NCBI GenBank assembly: GCA_010909165.1
Contig: VJWM01000221.1
Location: forward strand, 1 to 64,000
Source: Anthoceros angustus
Taxonomy: Eukaryota; Plantae; Anthocerotophyta
Direction of reading: 5' to 3'
Length of the DNA: 64,000 nt
The notes beneath the pieces are model-generated. The model was not told where the DNA came from and searched no databases. It saw only the letters and a list, made by a program, of their open reading frames with translations. A program made the position numbers and the translations under genes. Of the stretch, positions 39,123 through 50,673 are shown one piece after another (within the stretch, counting starts at the first letter, position 1; each line of letters opens with the position of its first letter).

Positions 39123-39500
39123 GGAAAGCCGTGCCAGTCACTCGGACCCGCTCCTTGTGTACGAAATACATCCACAACTGGCATCTTCAGAGAATCGTTC
39201 AAAAGGCACGTGAATTCAGTTGCAACGAGTTTAGATTGGAAGCAAACTCTAAACTGATGAAAGAAATACATAGGGGCTTAACCGTGGGCTCCGAAATTGT
39301 TGATTTAAGGATGCTGTGAGGGCCTTGTTATCGAAGCTGAGCAATGGACAATACTAAACCACTTGAGGCCAAATACTTTCAGACCCCAAAGAAAGGCAAA
39401 AACGCAGACAACCACAATCATGTTCACACTGTCGTCATATCAGAGCATCCGGGACAAGTGTAAGAAGTGATCCGGAAGAAGTGACCAGTTCCAGACAGAA
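39113..39500. repeat. Segment X duplicate inserted within the lipase gene
   Basis: Matches 14212-14595. Confidence 0.9.
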
Positions 39501-40246
39501 ATGGCCTTCTTCACCTGCTCCACCACCAGTCCTGTGCCATTGCAAACTGATTGGGGCAGGTTGTTGAAGAGTCTGGGAACAGGGTCCCCTGGTGTCACAA
39601 TGTTGAAGAGCCTTTCCTCGACGCCAGTCTCTCTCAGGTAGTTCCTTGCAGCTCCGTCGCCAATGTGGGGAGCCCCAAACCCGATTGCAATGGCCCCGAA
39701 CTCGTCAGGTTCCTCATATGTCTGGAGGAAAGTGGCCACCCTGTACTTGATAAGAACCAGATGCGCAACCGCGCCTCCCAAGCTATGCCCGCAGAACACC
39801 ACTTTTGTGGGGACGCCGTAACATGGGTGTTCGGAATTGAAGAGGTCGTAGAGGAGGTGCACCGCGCAGCATCGGTCAGCCAAGAGCCAGAAGCCTTGAT
39901 GGAAGTGGCCCTGGATGGTCCCGTCCATGCACCCGAGATCATTGTTGTTCGTCAGCTCCCTCTGCTCCACCAGGGTGTCGATCAGGATGTCTGTGCTGCT
40001 GTTGGTGCCCCGGAAGCAGATGTAGAGTGTGTCATCCCAGTCCCTGGCACACACCATCTTCATACCCACGTCCTCGACCGCCGTGGTGTGGACGAACTTG
40101 AAATGTCGTCTGCGCTGGTAACTTCGCACCTCCGCCTGAAATTGAGCTTGGTCATCGAAGTAGACGACGCGGCTGAGAATGGCAGCTCGCTCTACGCAGG
40201 CCACTGACGGCTGGAAGCTTCCTGCATTGCATTCGACCGTCGCCAT
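39498..40246 (-). CDS. Lipase class 3 N-terminal part, copy 5 (with its own upstream TATA at ~40428-40435)
   Basis: ORF 39440-40351 from MATVECNAG; nearly identical to 37000-37715. Confidence 0.85.
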
Positions 40247-40502
40247 GGGCCAACAATGTTCCTCACTCTGTCGGCTGCCAGGAAAAGAGGTGAGGCTTTG
40301 TAGAGAGGAACAGTAACACTCCCATACACTATGAGTATGGGTTATATGCACTAGGTATAGTTAGATACTAGATAAGTACACAAGAACACTTACATTCACT
40401 ACACTCTATATAAAGGTGAACTTGGCTTTATATAGTCCTAGTCTTGAATCCTATTGATAATCCTATTGATTACTTCACCTTGACCCGCTCCCTCGGATTG
40501 AT

Positions 40503-41473
40503 CCCTCGGACCCGCTCCTTGTGTACGAAATACATCCACAACTGGCATCTTCAGAGAATCGTTCAAAAGGCACGTGAATTCAGTTGCAACGAGTTTAGAT
40601 TGGAAGCAAACTCTAAACTGATGAAAGAAATACATAGGGGCTTAACCGTGGGCTCCGAAATTGTTGATTCGAAGACGCTGTGAGGGCCTTGTTATCGAAG
40701 CTGAGCAATGGACAATACTAAACCACTTGAGGCCAAATACTTTCAGACCCCAAAGAAAGGCAAAAACGCAGACAACCACAATCATGTTCACACTGTCGTC
40801 ATATCAGAGCATCCGGGACAAGTGTAAGAAGTGATCCGGAAGAAGTGACCAGTTCCAGACAGAACCTATGGGAGTCTGGGAACGTCAGAATGTGACCTGA
40901 AATAGCTCGTCTTCCAAATGGCATGGAATGCTCTCAAGAACGTTCTTCTCTGCAGTTTAAAATTCCCTGCTGCAACGTAGTTGTGGAATTTTGTTAACTC
41001 ACGCCTTTGAGAACCTGGATGTGACAAGTTAGTTGGCGAGCATCCTGGAAAGATTGAAATAGAGAAGGAAATTACTTATGGACGAAGGGAAGTTCATGTG
41101 CAAATGAAGCAGTGAGAGCAAAACGAGACCCACCTGGATGAGTACGGGAACAGGGGCAGCAGTTTCAGGCCCCTGCAGGACATTCATTTCACATCCATTT
41201 CATGCACCCTTTCCAGTCCTCTGCTGTCATCAACCGCTTGGTCCCTGGAAACGATCTCTGCATGGAAAGGGAAAATGTGACTGTCAACTCTTCTGGTGTC
41301 GTTCTTCGTAAATCAAGTAGCCATGCACCATCATCGCCATACTGGTCCTTCACGTGCCTTGTTGAGCTTTAGGGAGGGCAAGTGCTACAGGTGTACAGTT
41401 GTATCCTCGAGCTCGACATCTAGGATCGATGAATGCCTTGTATCAGATGGAATACGAAGATTTCTTTCCTTTG
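40503..41473. repeat. Segment X duplicate
   Basis: Matches 14240-15196 with scattered substitutions. Confidence 0.9.
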
Positions 41474-42465
41474 CTTTGAAGATAACAGTAATAACTCGCA
41501 ACTTTGTGTAGGTGTTTCTGATTATTGACCGACAGATCCATATTGTGCCCAAGGATTAAATATGCCGGTAACAGACACTTGTCGTTAGCTTGCACAAGAG
41601 ATCTAGGAAGCTGCTGTGATTCTCTTCTTCTAGATCTCTGCCACCACTCTGGTGGGCACACTTCAGCAATCCCAGGGTCTTTAGAATGGTGCACAGCCAT
41701 GAAAATATCACATCTTATATATTTTGCTGCAGGAAAGAGGATAGAATCTTTGGCAAGCACGCTCTCCCGTACACAGGATAGGGAGGTATCTATGATCAAC
41801 TGGCTCCACATCCAGAACAGTTCAGTTCCTGGGCCCGCGAACAGGTTACTTTACTTTATCCTCCGGGCCCGGGGTTGCCTTTCATGTGGGATCACACCAT
41901 AGTGGGATCACTTCACACACTAACGGGAGCAGGCCTAGGTGTAGGTGGTTCTGATTATTGACCGACAGGCCTGCCTTTCAGAACCACAGCAGCATGTCTG
42001 TTGATATCATGCAAGAGTGTCCTCTGCCAAATGGCCTCCATACGTTTCAACAATGTGCTCTTTCTGTGATGCTGTGGCCCTGCTTTCACGTAGTGCCGTT
42101 AATGAACGTGTTTAATTATGTACATGCAGATAGCCTGAATTACCTACCAGGCTTAATTAGTGAGCCGCTCTCTAGCTAGGCAGCACCAGTCCAGATACAC
42201 TAGTGGGCTGTATAGATCCTTAAGCTCTGTCTTTTGGACATCGACCAACTCCCCCTTTTTAGCCAGGTTTCCTATGCAGCACAAGTCCATAGAATAGTGG
42301 ACAAGTATGGATCCTTAGCTCCCTCGTGGGCAATCAATGAAATCGCATCTAGGCGTTGTTCTCGAGGCAGCACTAGATCCACAGACTAGTGGATGAAAGT
42401 ATATAGCACGGCATTGCGTTGCGATTGCATTGCGCTGTTGAAAGTACCTACATAGCACGGCAGCC

Positions 42466-44735
42466 ATGGAGGTGACGTTGGGTGTGAAGATTCTGGTGGC
42501 GGTTGCAGTAGTTGCGGTGGTGGCTGTGGCGTGGCCAGTGTGGAGGTACAGGCAGCGGAGGGGGGCATGGGCGCCCGAGGGGTCGAAGCAGCTGCCGGGG
42601 AGCATGGGCCTCCCGCTGCTGGGAGAGACGATGGAGCTGCTGGGCTGCTTCAAGGCCGGGGATCCGGAGGCGTTCAGGATGAAGCGCTTTGGCAAGTATG
42701 GCAATGTGTTCAAGTCGCACATATTCGGGAGTCCGTATGTGTTTTTCAGGGGCGCCGAGGCGGCCAAGCTGTTGGTCGCCAGCGAGGACAAGCTGGTGCA
42801 GGCGTACCAGTTCCCACCCGTGAGCAAGATTCTGGGCCAGGAGTCGATTCTCAACGTGCACGGCCCCAGGCACAAGCTCTATCGCAAGCTGTTGAACGAA
42901 ACCTTCCTGGCCGAGAGCATCAGGAAGTATCTGCCGCTGGTGGAGCAAACGGCTGTGGAGACGCTCAGTTCCTGGAAACTGGGGGGCGTCCCCGTCTTCA
43001 AACACGAGGCCATCAAGGCTAGTCTTAACCCGTTTGCCTGCAAATTGCAATGCGTGTGCGCTGGTACCAGCTGACTGTGATTCTGAAAGGGAAGAAGATT
43101 CGAGCCCGGGTCGTTTTTGAACTGCGCGCTGTGCCCGACCACTACACCAAACCATCCCCACGCTGACAGTGATTCTTTCTAACTCGTAGCTGCTCCTGAC
43201 GGTGCACAGTTCACTTATAATGTGATCGCGCGAGTGGCGCTGAGCTGGGGCCCTGGTCCAGAGCGTGAGAGGGGCTTGGATCTCACCCAAACAGTGAGTA
43301 ACAACTTGCTCCTGGCGCCCATCGATCTTCCTGGATTCGCGTTTCACAAGGCAATGGAGGTGCGAATTCAAGCCCTCGCCGAATCCAAATTTAAATAGGA
43401 GCAGAGTGTCCATTTCTCCAAGGTTGCAATGGGGGGTGCAGGCAAGAAGGGAGCTGCTCAGAATGTTGGACACCGAAGTCGCGCTGAGAAGGAGCGGAAA
43501 AATTGTCCGCAGCGACGTGCTGAACGAGATGATGAATGCAGTCGACCCCGATTCTTCCAGCGACAAGCCTGCCCTGAGCAACGAGCAGCTGAGGGACAAT
43601 GTTTTCAGCTTCATCATGGCTGGCTATGAGACCACCAGCACCACACTCACCTGGCTTGTCAAGCTGCTTCATGAGAATCCCAGCGTCAAGGAGAAGCTGC
43701 TGGTGAGCTTGTCCAAAGAATTTCACTTGTCTAGAATATCTTGTCTGTCCAGGCGAGCTCCACCTTCAATTAAGTTTTCGGTTTTGAACTTTGGACTTTG
43801 AACTGTAGGCTGAGCATTTGGCAGTGAGAAGAAACAAACAAGCTGGCGAGCCGCTGACATGGGCGGATCTCGGACAACCAATGAGCTACACCCTGAAAGT
43901 GAGTCTCGGATCCCTCCTCAACATACGTTGATCTTCTCCGCCCTAGTGCGCACTACACTACTACACTCAAAGCTGGCGTCCGAAGAGTAGACGATCCATA
44001 TAACTTGTCCCATGTGTACATGCAGGTGATCAACGAGGCACTCCGAGTGTCTTCCGTCGTTTTCTGGTGGCATCGACGGGTCAAGGAGGACTTCACATTC
44101 AACGGTATGTATGCTGCACCTAGCAGTGCTCCAAGCAATGTGCGTCTGACACCCATACACGTGCCACCTGCAGGGTACCACATTCCTAAAGGCTGGAACC
44201 TTATGCTAGACACTCACAACTTGCACCATAGTCCAGAAATCTTCCAAGACCCGGACGCGTTCGATCCCTCTCGCTTCGATGTAAGCAGCCTACCCTGATG
44301 CTTGAATTCAACATATATCAGGAATCGTTATGTACTGTACAGTGGACTACGGTATCTCCGAATCATGCACAACCATCCAACAACATCTTGGGAGCAATCA
44401 AGATTGAGACACTGTGCGTTTGGTGGCTACGAATTTACAGGTGCCACCGAAGCCTTCTACCCTGCTGGCATTTGGAGGTGGACAGAGGTTGTGCCTTGGG
44501 AAGGATCTGGCACTCATGGAGATGAAAGTGATGTTGCATCATCTGATGTTCAAGTTCAGGTGCGACCCCATTAATATTGTACAGATTGTCTATAGGAATA
44601 TTATCTGAGCTGACCGATCTCATCTGGTATTGAAACAGGTGGACAGTAGATAAGCCAGACAGTGGCCGAGACCTGTCGGGTCTGCCATGCCCCAATAACG
44701 GTGTCCCCATCAGGATCCAGGCTACTCACCACTAG
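42466..44735 (+). CDS. Cytochrome P450, CYP85 clan-like, 8 exons, ~484 aa
   Basis: Exons 42466-43017, 43210-43359, 43442-43702, 43809-43898, 44026-44104, 44174-44280, 44441-44559 and 44639-44735 join in frame. Contains an N-terminal anchor, LPGSMGLPLLGET, AGYETTS, EALR, FDPSRF and the heme motif FGGGQRLCLG. Confidence 0.92.
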
Positions 44736-45016
44736 TCTGCTTAGTCCCCACCAATTAAGAGTCTGAACGCTCAGTTGGGCGCTGGTATGGGGATTTGCCA
44801 TATGCATGGCAGTCGCGTTCCCTCGGCCTGCGTTTGGACTCGATCAAGTTGATTCATAGACGAAATTGCTCTGAATCATAATCATTGGGATATTGATCAT
44901 TGGAAATAAGATTTTGTTTTTTGTGGATCTAGTGACCAAGTTGTAACAGGACGCGGAGTTGCCCGCACTATATACCATCCAGCAGTCCTCTTAATGGTTA
45001 GATAAAATAAGCGCCT

Positions 45017-45290
45017 CCTGATCCATTTGCCCATACACAACGAGTGCCTCCATGTCCGAGCTTTTGCTGGGAATGCCCAGAAACAGCGCCGTCCATGTCA
45101 CCACATTCCTTGTGACCATAGCTGTGAAAAACCTGCCTTAAACTTCAAAGACTCCAGAAGCCAAGCCCACCATCTTGTCAAAAGAGGCTTTTACTTGAGC
45201 AAGCCGCCTATCTTCATTATCACCCTTACCATGTAATTCTGCAGCCCTATGGATGCCTCGATGCCTTGAGTGGCTACGTCCTGTGTGAAC
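45017..45290 (-). pseudogene. PPR gene relic
   Basis: Minus strand reads ..QVFTAMVTRNVVTWTAL...EALVVYGQMDQE (S/P motif junction) with stops and frameshifts. Confidence 0.55.
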
Positions 45291-47230
45291 ACGGGCATGA
45301 ATTGAACGGAAGATTGCCCACCTACTCGCTTTCGAGCTCTTGCCAAACGTAGGCAGGAGCCGTGACAGTAGGGGGCGAGAGAGGCTATGGTAGGAAAACC
45401 CTGGTTGCCTAGAGCTAGCCTCAGTGCCCACATTTATCCCACGGTCATCTTGTAAGTAGGTTCGATCCCAAGGAACTAGCTTGGCAAGTTCGTCACACAT
45501 ACTCACGCCGGCCCTAGTCTAGTTGTCCTTAGTATGGGTTGGAATTACACGTTGGTGTGGGTTTTAGTTCACTAGTCCATGGCCCCACGTCAGCCTTCCA
45601 AATGCTCCTAACCTTTACGATTCACTAAGTCTACAAACGTGTGCTTAGGTCAAATGGACACACATGTATAAGAACGCCGTGATTAAGCATCCTGAGCTTG
45701 GATCGGTACTTAGATGGGGTGCTTAAAGGGAGTGGATGCCCTTGGTGCAAGTAGCTTAGGCACACCATGGTACAAGTTGTTAAGTACCAAGTTCCACGAC
45801 GGAAATCCGTCCTTAGTGGACTTAAATAAAATTCTTCTTCTTCTTCTTCTACAACCACAATCCTAAAAAAATCATCACAACCTTCCCGTAGCAATCAACC
45901 AATGCCTAACTCCCTCTACCCCCAACATTCGCCAACTCGTTCTTCTCCCTTACGGCATAACCACATGGGGTGACCAAGGGTTGGGTGTTTCTCTTGGGCT
46001 GGCTACCGTGTATCAGCACCTAGCGTGAGTACCCCTGGGTTAGTCGTTCCCTGAGAGCCACCTTTCGGTGTGCTTCAAGCACTAGTCGCCCTGCGAGATG
46101 CCGCCAAGCACAAGCACAAAGCAAATACACCATGCAGCTTTTCACAATAAGAGGAGCTTGCCAAGGCACCAGCGATGTGCCAACTCTTAACCAAAGAGGC
46201 TCGACCAGCCTCACCTCTTGCCTTCTCACCGCTTGCCATGTGCCAGCTCTTAGCCAAGAGGCTCGACCAGCCTCACCTCTTGCCTTCTCACCGCTTGCCC
46301 TCTCACTGCTTGGCGGACACTGGTTAGCACCAAAGAAACGGGTGCAGAGGAGAGACAAGAAGCTTGGAAGTGATATTGAACTTGTTACAATCAGCTCCTC
46401 TTATAGGTGAGGTTGCCCTCTTGACTTTTGCGCCTCTTAAACTCAAAAGTGGCCCCCAAATTGTACATAGGACCTACTGAACCCAAGGATAATTTATTTT
46501 CTTTCACTGCAATTCTCACCACCAAGATGATGAGGAGGTAAGTAATATCATTTAATCTTGATTATTAGGAACAATTAGTGTGTTAGTTTTACACGCAGTA
46601 CATATGTTGCTACAACATGGATAGCAAGACATAGCTTTGTGGAAAGTGGACATTTTGCTTGTATGGGGTAGCGTACATATACATGGGCATGGGAGAGGCC
46701 AAGAAGGCAGCGTATGCCGGTTTAACTACCTTGTTGTTGGTTTCTATACTAAACGTTAGGTTTTCTGGTTCTTATTTGGGTTAGTTGAGGAGGACATTAT
46801 CGTTTTACAATGGATGAGGGTATTATTCTAATTAGCTGCTATTTATCTATTTACCGGCTATTATTCTAATTATCTACTTGGTCAGCTGATCAGTATCTAA
46901 TATGGAAATAGGTACCTCTAGTCTTAACGGTTTCCGCTGCTCGGGCTATCAAGACTGTGAGCAACATCGGGTCTCACACAGCTAGGCTATAGAGGTCGTG
47001 GGATGGCCGACAGCCCACGACCGTTTCATTCTCTCCCACATGGCACGGTTGGGTCCTCCTGGCCTACGGTAATCTGCGCCTGCAAGTGGGGAAATAGCAT
47101 GGAAAATGCCTCGGGCTCCCATATAGCAGCACTATCTGGTTCACCGCTCCAAAATACCAAGAAATCAATAACGCACCTACTTCGGAGTTCCCAAGTTCAA
47201 TGACAGTAGAACGTGGATACGGTAACAAGC

Positions 47231-47376
47231 CAATTGCCCAAGCTAGTTTCAATTGTTCTAACTAGAGAATGGTATTGTTTTTAATTCAATGACGGTGAAC
47301 GTGGATGTCAATGCAATTGCCCAAGCTAGTTTCAATTGTTCTAACTAGAGAATGGTATTGTTTTTAATTCAATGAC
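47231..47376. repeat. 63-bp exact direct repeat x2 (period 83)
   Basis: caattgcccaagctagtttc...aatgac at 47231-47293 and 47314-47376. Confidence 0.9.
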
Positions 47377-47928
47377 TGTGTTGTACCATGCAGATCAAAA
47401 TCTTATGCTTGTTGTTTAACATCATATCTCCATATCTTGAGTAGCTTGTTGCTAATACATCACTTTGTCTCAGAATTGATTGATACATAGTGTTATTCAT
47501 CAAATTCTGAACAATGCAGAGGACAAACATCTTTGATGTTTTTCATCAGCGCATGTTATTGTTCAAACATTAAAGTCATGGAACAATAACACGAGTATAT
47601 GACAAAATAAATATTGATGCACCATTTTGTTACTCGAGTAATCGTCTTAGAGAGACTAAAAATAGTAATAGACTCATTGTCTATAGACTTGCCCAAATAT
47701 GTTATCCCAAATGACCTTGAGTTGGCACCAGAAAATGTTAACATTATCTTATATTTATAGATCAAAAAATTCCCTAAATTACTTTTATTAAAAATATATT
47801 TAGATTTTAAAAATATGTGGGTAGCGATAATAGTCTACTTAGGTAGCGAGACATGCATAATTTAAGCTCTATATATGAAGGTCTATGGTTCTCATAAGTA
47901 TTGTTTTAGAACAATTGAAGCTATCATC

Positions 47929-49996
47929 ATGACGACTATGCAGTTTGTTAGTGTGCTGATATTGCTAGCTTGTTTTTCAATTATGAGTTATGCATATGAA
48001 TCATCGTTCAAAGTGGGGAATCTTGAGAATGTTGCCTTACCATTTGTTATATCCCATAATGTACTTTTTTTTCTTATTGTGCTTTTTTTTCATTTTTTGA
48101 TTCAAAATGTTTCGCTTAACTATTGTACCATTCTCAATTTACTTTTTCAATGGTGTCCATTTTTTTCTTATTGTTTTATGGTGTATCCATTATAGCTTTC
48201 CGACGGTTCTATAATAGATTGCGTAAGAATTGAAGACCAGTTAACATTGCGACATCCACTACTGGAAAATCATGTTATTCAGGTAGTTGTATGTCTTAAT
48301 TTATTATCCTTAAGTGTTTACTATTACCATGTTAAGATCTTTTTATTCTCTTGTCTACAATGAGATCATTTTTTGTTGTCCTGTGTATTGCATCTTCCAC
48401 TTTTGTGTAGAAACCTCCTATCATTGCGACTCCATCATCACATGTGGAATTCAAAAACAAGACACACGCGCCAAAGCAACTATATCATCATGAAGTCAAT
48501 GCTTGTCCAGATGGTACTATTCCTATTTTGCGTTCTTCTAAGGGAGATGTCCAGAAACAAAGAAGGCGCAAAGGTTATCCCATATCGATATATAAATTCA
48601 GCGATTGATGATCCACGAAGATGGTCAACACCATGTAAGTCATTCTCTATGTAGCTGATAGCTATTGCATGTACATTTGAACAAAGAGAACATAAGTTGA
48701 TTATTAATTTGAAAATATAGATGTATTTGTTAATGTTCTATTAATTAGGAAATATTGAATTACACCATTCGGACTATTGATTGTCATTGTTGTAGCATGT
48801 GGTTGCTTCCAAAATTTGGAGAGGTCAATGGGGTGGAATAAGAATTAGCATGTACGATCCTATGGTTGGTGAAGGAGATATGTCGAGTGCCCAGATGAGG
48901 ATTCTTAGGACGTCATTGGGGCCAGCAACAGCAAACATTGAATCCTTTATCCCTTCCAAAACCATAAATGCTGTAGAAGTGGGTTGGCACGTAAGTTTAT
49001 TTCTTCATAAAATTTTTAATCGCAATTGATGGTTCATCAAAATATATTACGTTCAAGTCTAACAAAACATAATATTTGAAGTTTGTATCCTTTTTTTTTG
49101 TTTGGCAAACAGGTGATACCATCACTTTATGAAGATGAAAAGCCTCATTTGTATATTGCTTGGACGGTACCGCCTATCCTATTTACTCATTTTAATGCCC
49201 AAAAAACTTGTATGCTCTTTTGTGGCTTTTTTCTTTCTATAATTGAAGATTCACTAACATCACATCTTTTTGCGTAAGTGCAGGCCGACAACTATCGTGA
49301 TACGGGATGTTTTAATCTCCATTGTTTTGGATTTATCCAAACTAGTTTAGCCTTTGTGTTAGGTGGTGGTTTTCATGGTGACTACATCGGTGATAGCATG
49401 CTTTACGTCATCACAAAAGTATAAAACCTCATATCTTAGTCCAATATTTTGCGTTTTCTCTCGTCACTTAGGTTCTTGATTTCAATATTTGTTATTTTTC
49501 CTTGTATCCATGGTCTCTCTTTTTTTTAATCTTAAAGTTACAATGTTTTTCATGTTTTTTGTTTGCTTTGTTTTTAATGCAGGCAGCTGCAGCAACTGAT
49601 GACTTGTGGCTATTTATAGAGAGCATACCCATTGGTTATTGGCCAAATATAATTTTTTACCCATCTGTTCTTTATAATGAGTTTCCAGATAACGTAGTAT
49701 GGGGAGGAGATGTCTTTATGGCAAGTAAAGCATCAATCGTGGAAATGGGAAATGGAAAGTTTGGTTCCGAAGGGTTGGCTCCGGTACCATGTGGAGTAAA
49801 TGATGTACCAGCTCATTTAGCTTTATTGCATACATTTTCTGTGATAAACTCAGCACTAGTCCCACGGGATGCGAAAGAAGCAAAAGTATTTGAGACGGAT
49901 CCGCTAATCTACGATCACAACATCTTATTCAACAATCCATCTGGTGATTGTTTAGCTGGAGGTGTTTGGTTATATTACGGTGGCCCTGGAATGTAA
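47929..49996 (+). CDS. Neprosin-family secreted protein (signal peptide, activation peptide, neprosin domain)
   Basis: Signal peptide MQFVSVLILLACF; LSDGSIIDCV..HPLLENHVIQ; CPDGTIPILR; VEVGWHV; LYEDEKPHLYIAWT; DNYRDTGCFNLHC.GFIQ; IGYWP; WGGD; MGNG.F; YYGGPGM*. One missing A at 48594-48596 restores the frame. Confidence 0.88.
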
Positions 49997-50673
49997 TATT
50001 ATTTCCATAAACTTAAAACAATATGATGTACTTCCTTTGAGTTGAATGATATCCAAGTTCCAGTTGTGAACCTTGGCAATACAATTTTTTTTGGTGAAAA
50101 CTTGATGTAAAAAAGAGATTGAGAAAATCCATCTACCCCGAGAGTCAACAAGCACAAATAAGCTGAGAACGCGATTGAGCGAATTTTGAATGAGAGGGCA
50201 TGTTACGGATGTTGATAGAGAAGAATGAGGTCAGGCCGCCCTTGTGGGCGATCATATTCCACTAGGCGGGCTTTGGCGTCAAAGAAGGGAGGTTTAGTAC
50301 ATTAGACGGTTCGCCGGGTAGAAGAGCCCGCGGGAGGAGACTTGGGTCGGGGCCAACGTGTGGCAAGCCGATAGGCAGCCGCGGCGCGTCCGGGGAGTGG
50401 GTTGGGTGGCCCGTTCCTGCTCCGCACGTGGTTGGTGATAAAAAATACGCGGCGACAGTTTCCGCCCGCCAACACCAGGCGATAATATAGCCGCAAGCTC
50501 ATCGACCCTGAGAAGCCGCACAGCTGGACGCCCGCAGATCCTGCCCAGCGAATTCCTGTTCCGGGGAAATCTCGCCCCGGTGCGCGATCGATCGGCGCGG
50601 CGAAGTGCGTCGCGGAATTGGGTGGTGAAGACCTCGATGCTGCCAATGCAGAGGTGGGCGTGCGCGCGGCAGC

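Noticed and set aside
42448-43617. 389-aa minus ORF
   Set aside because: Antisense to P450 exons 1-3; no motifs.
45500-46450. Possible LTR/TE with a 45-bp duplication at ~46194 and ~46256
   Set aside because: No PBS, PPT, TIR or coding similarity identified.
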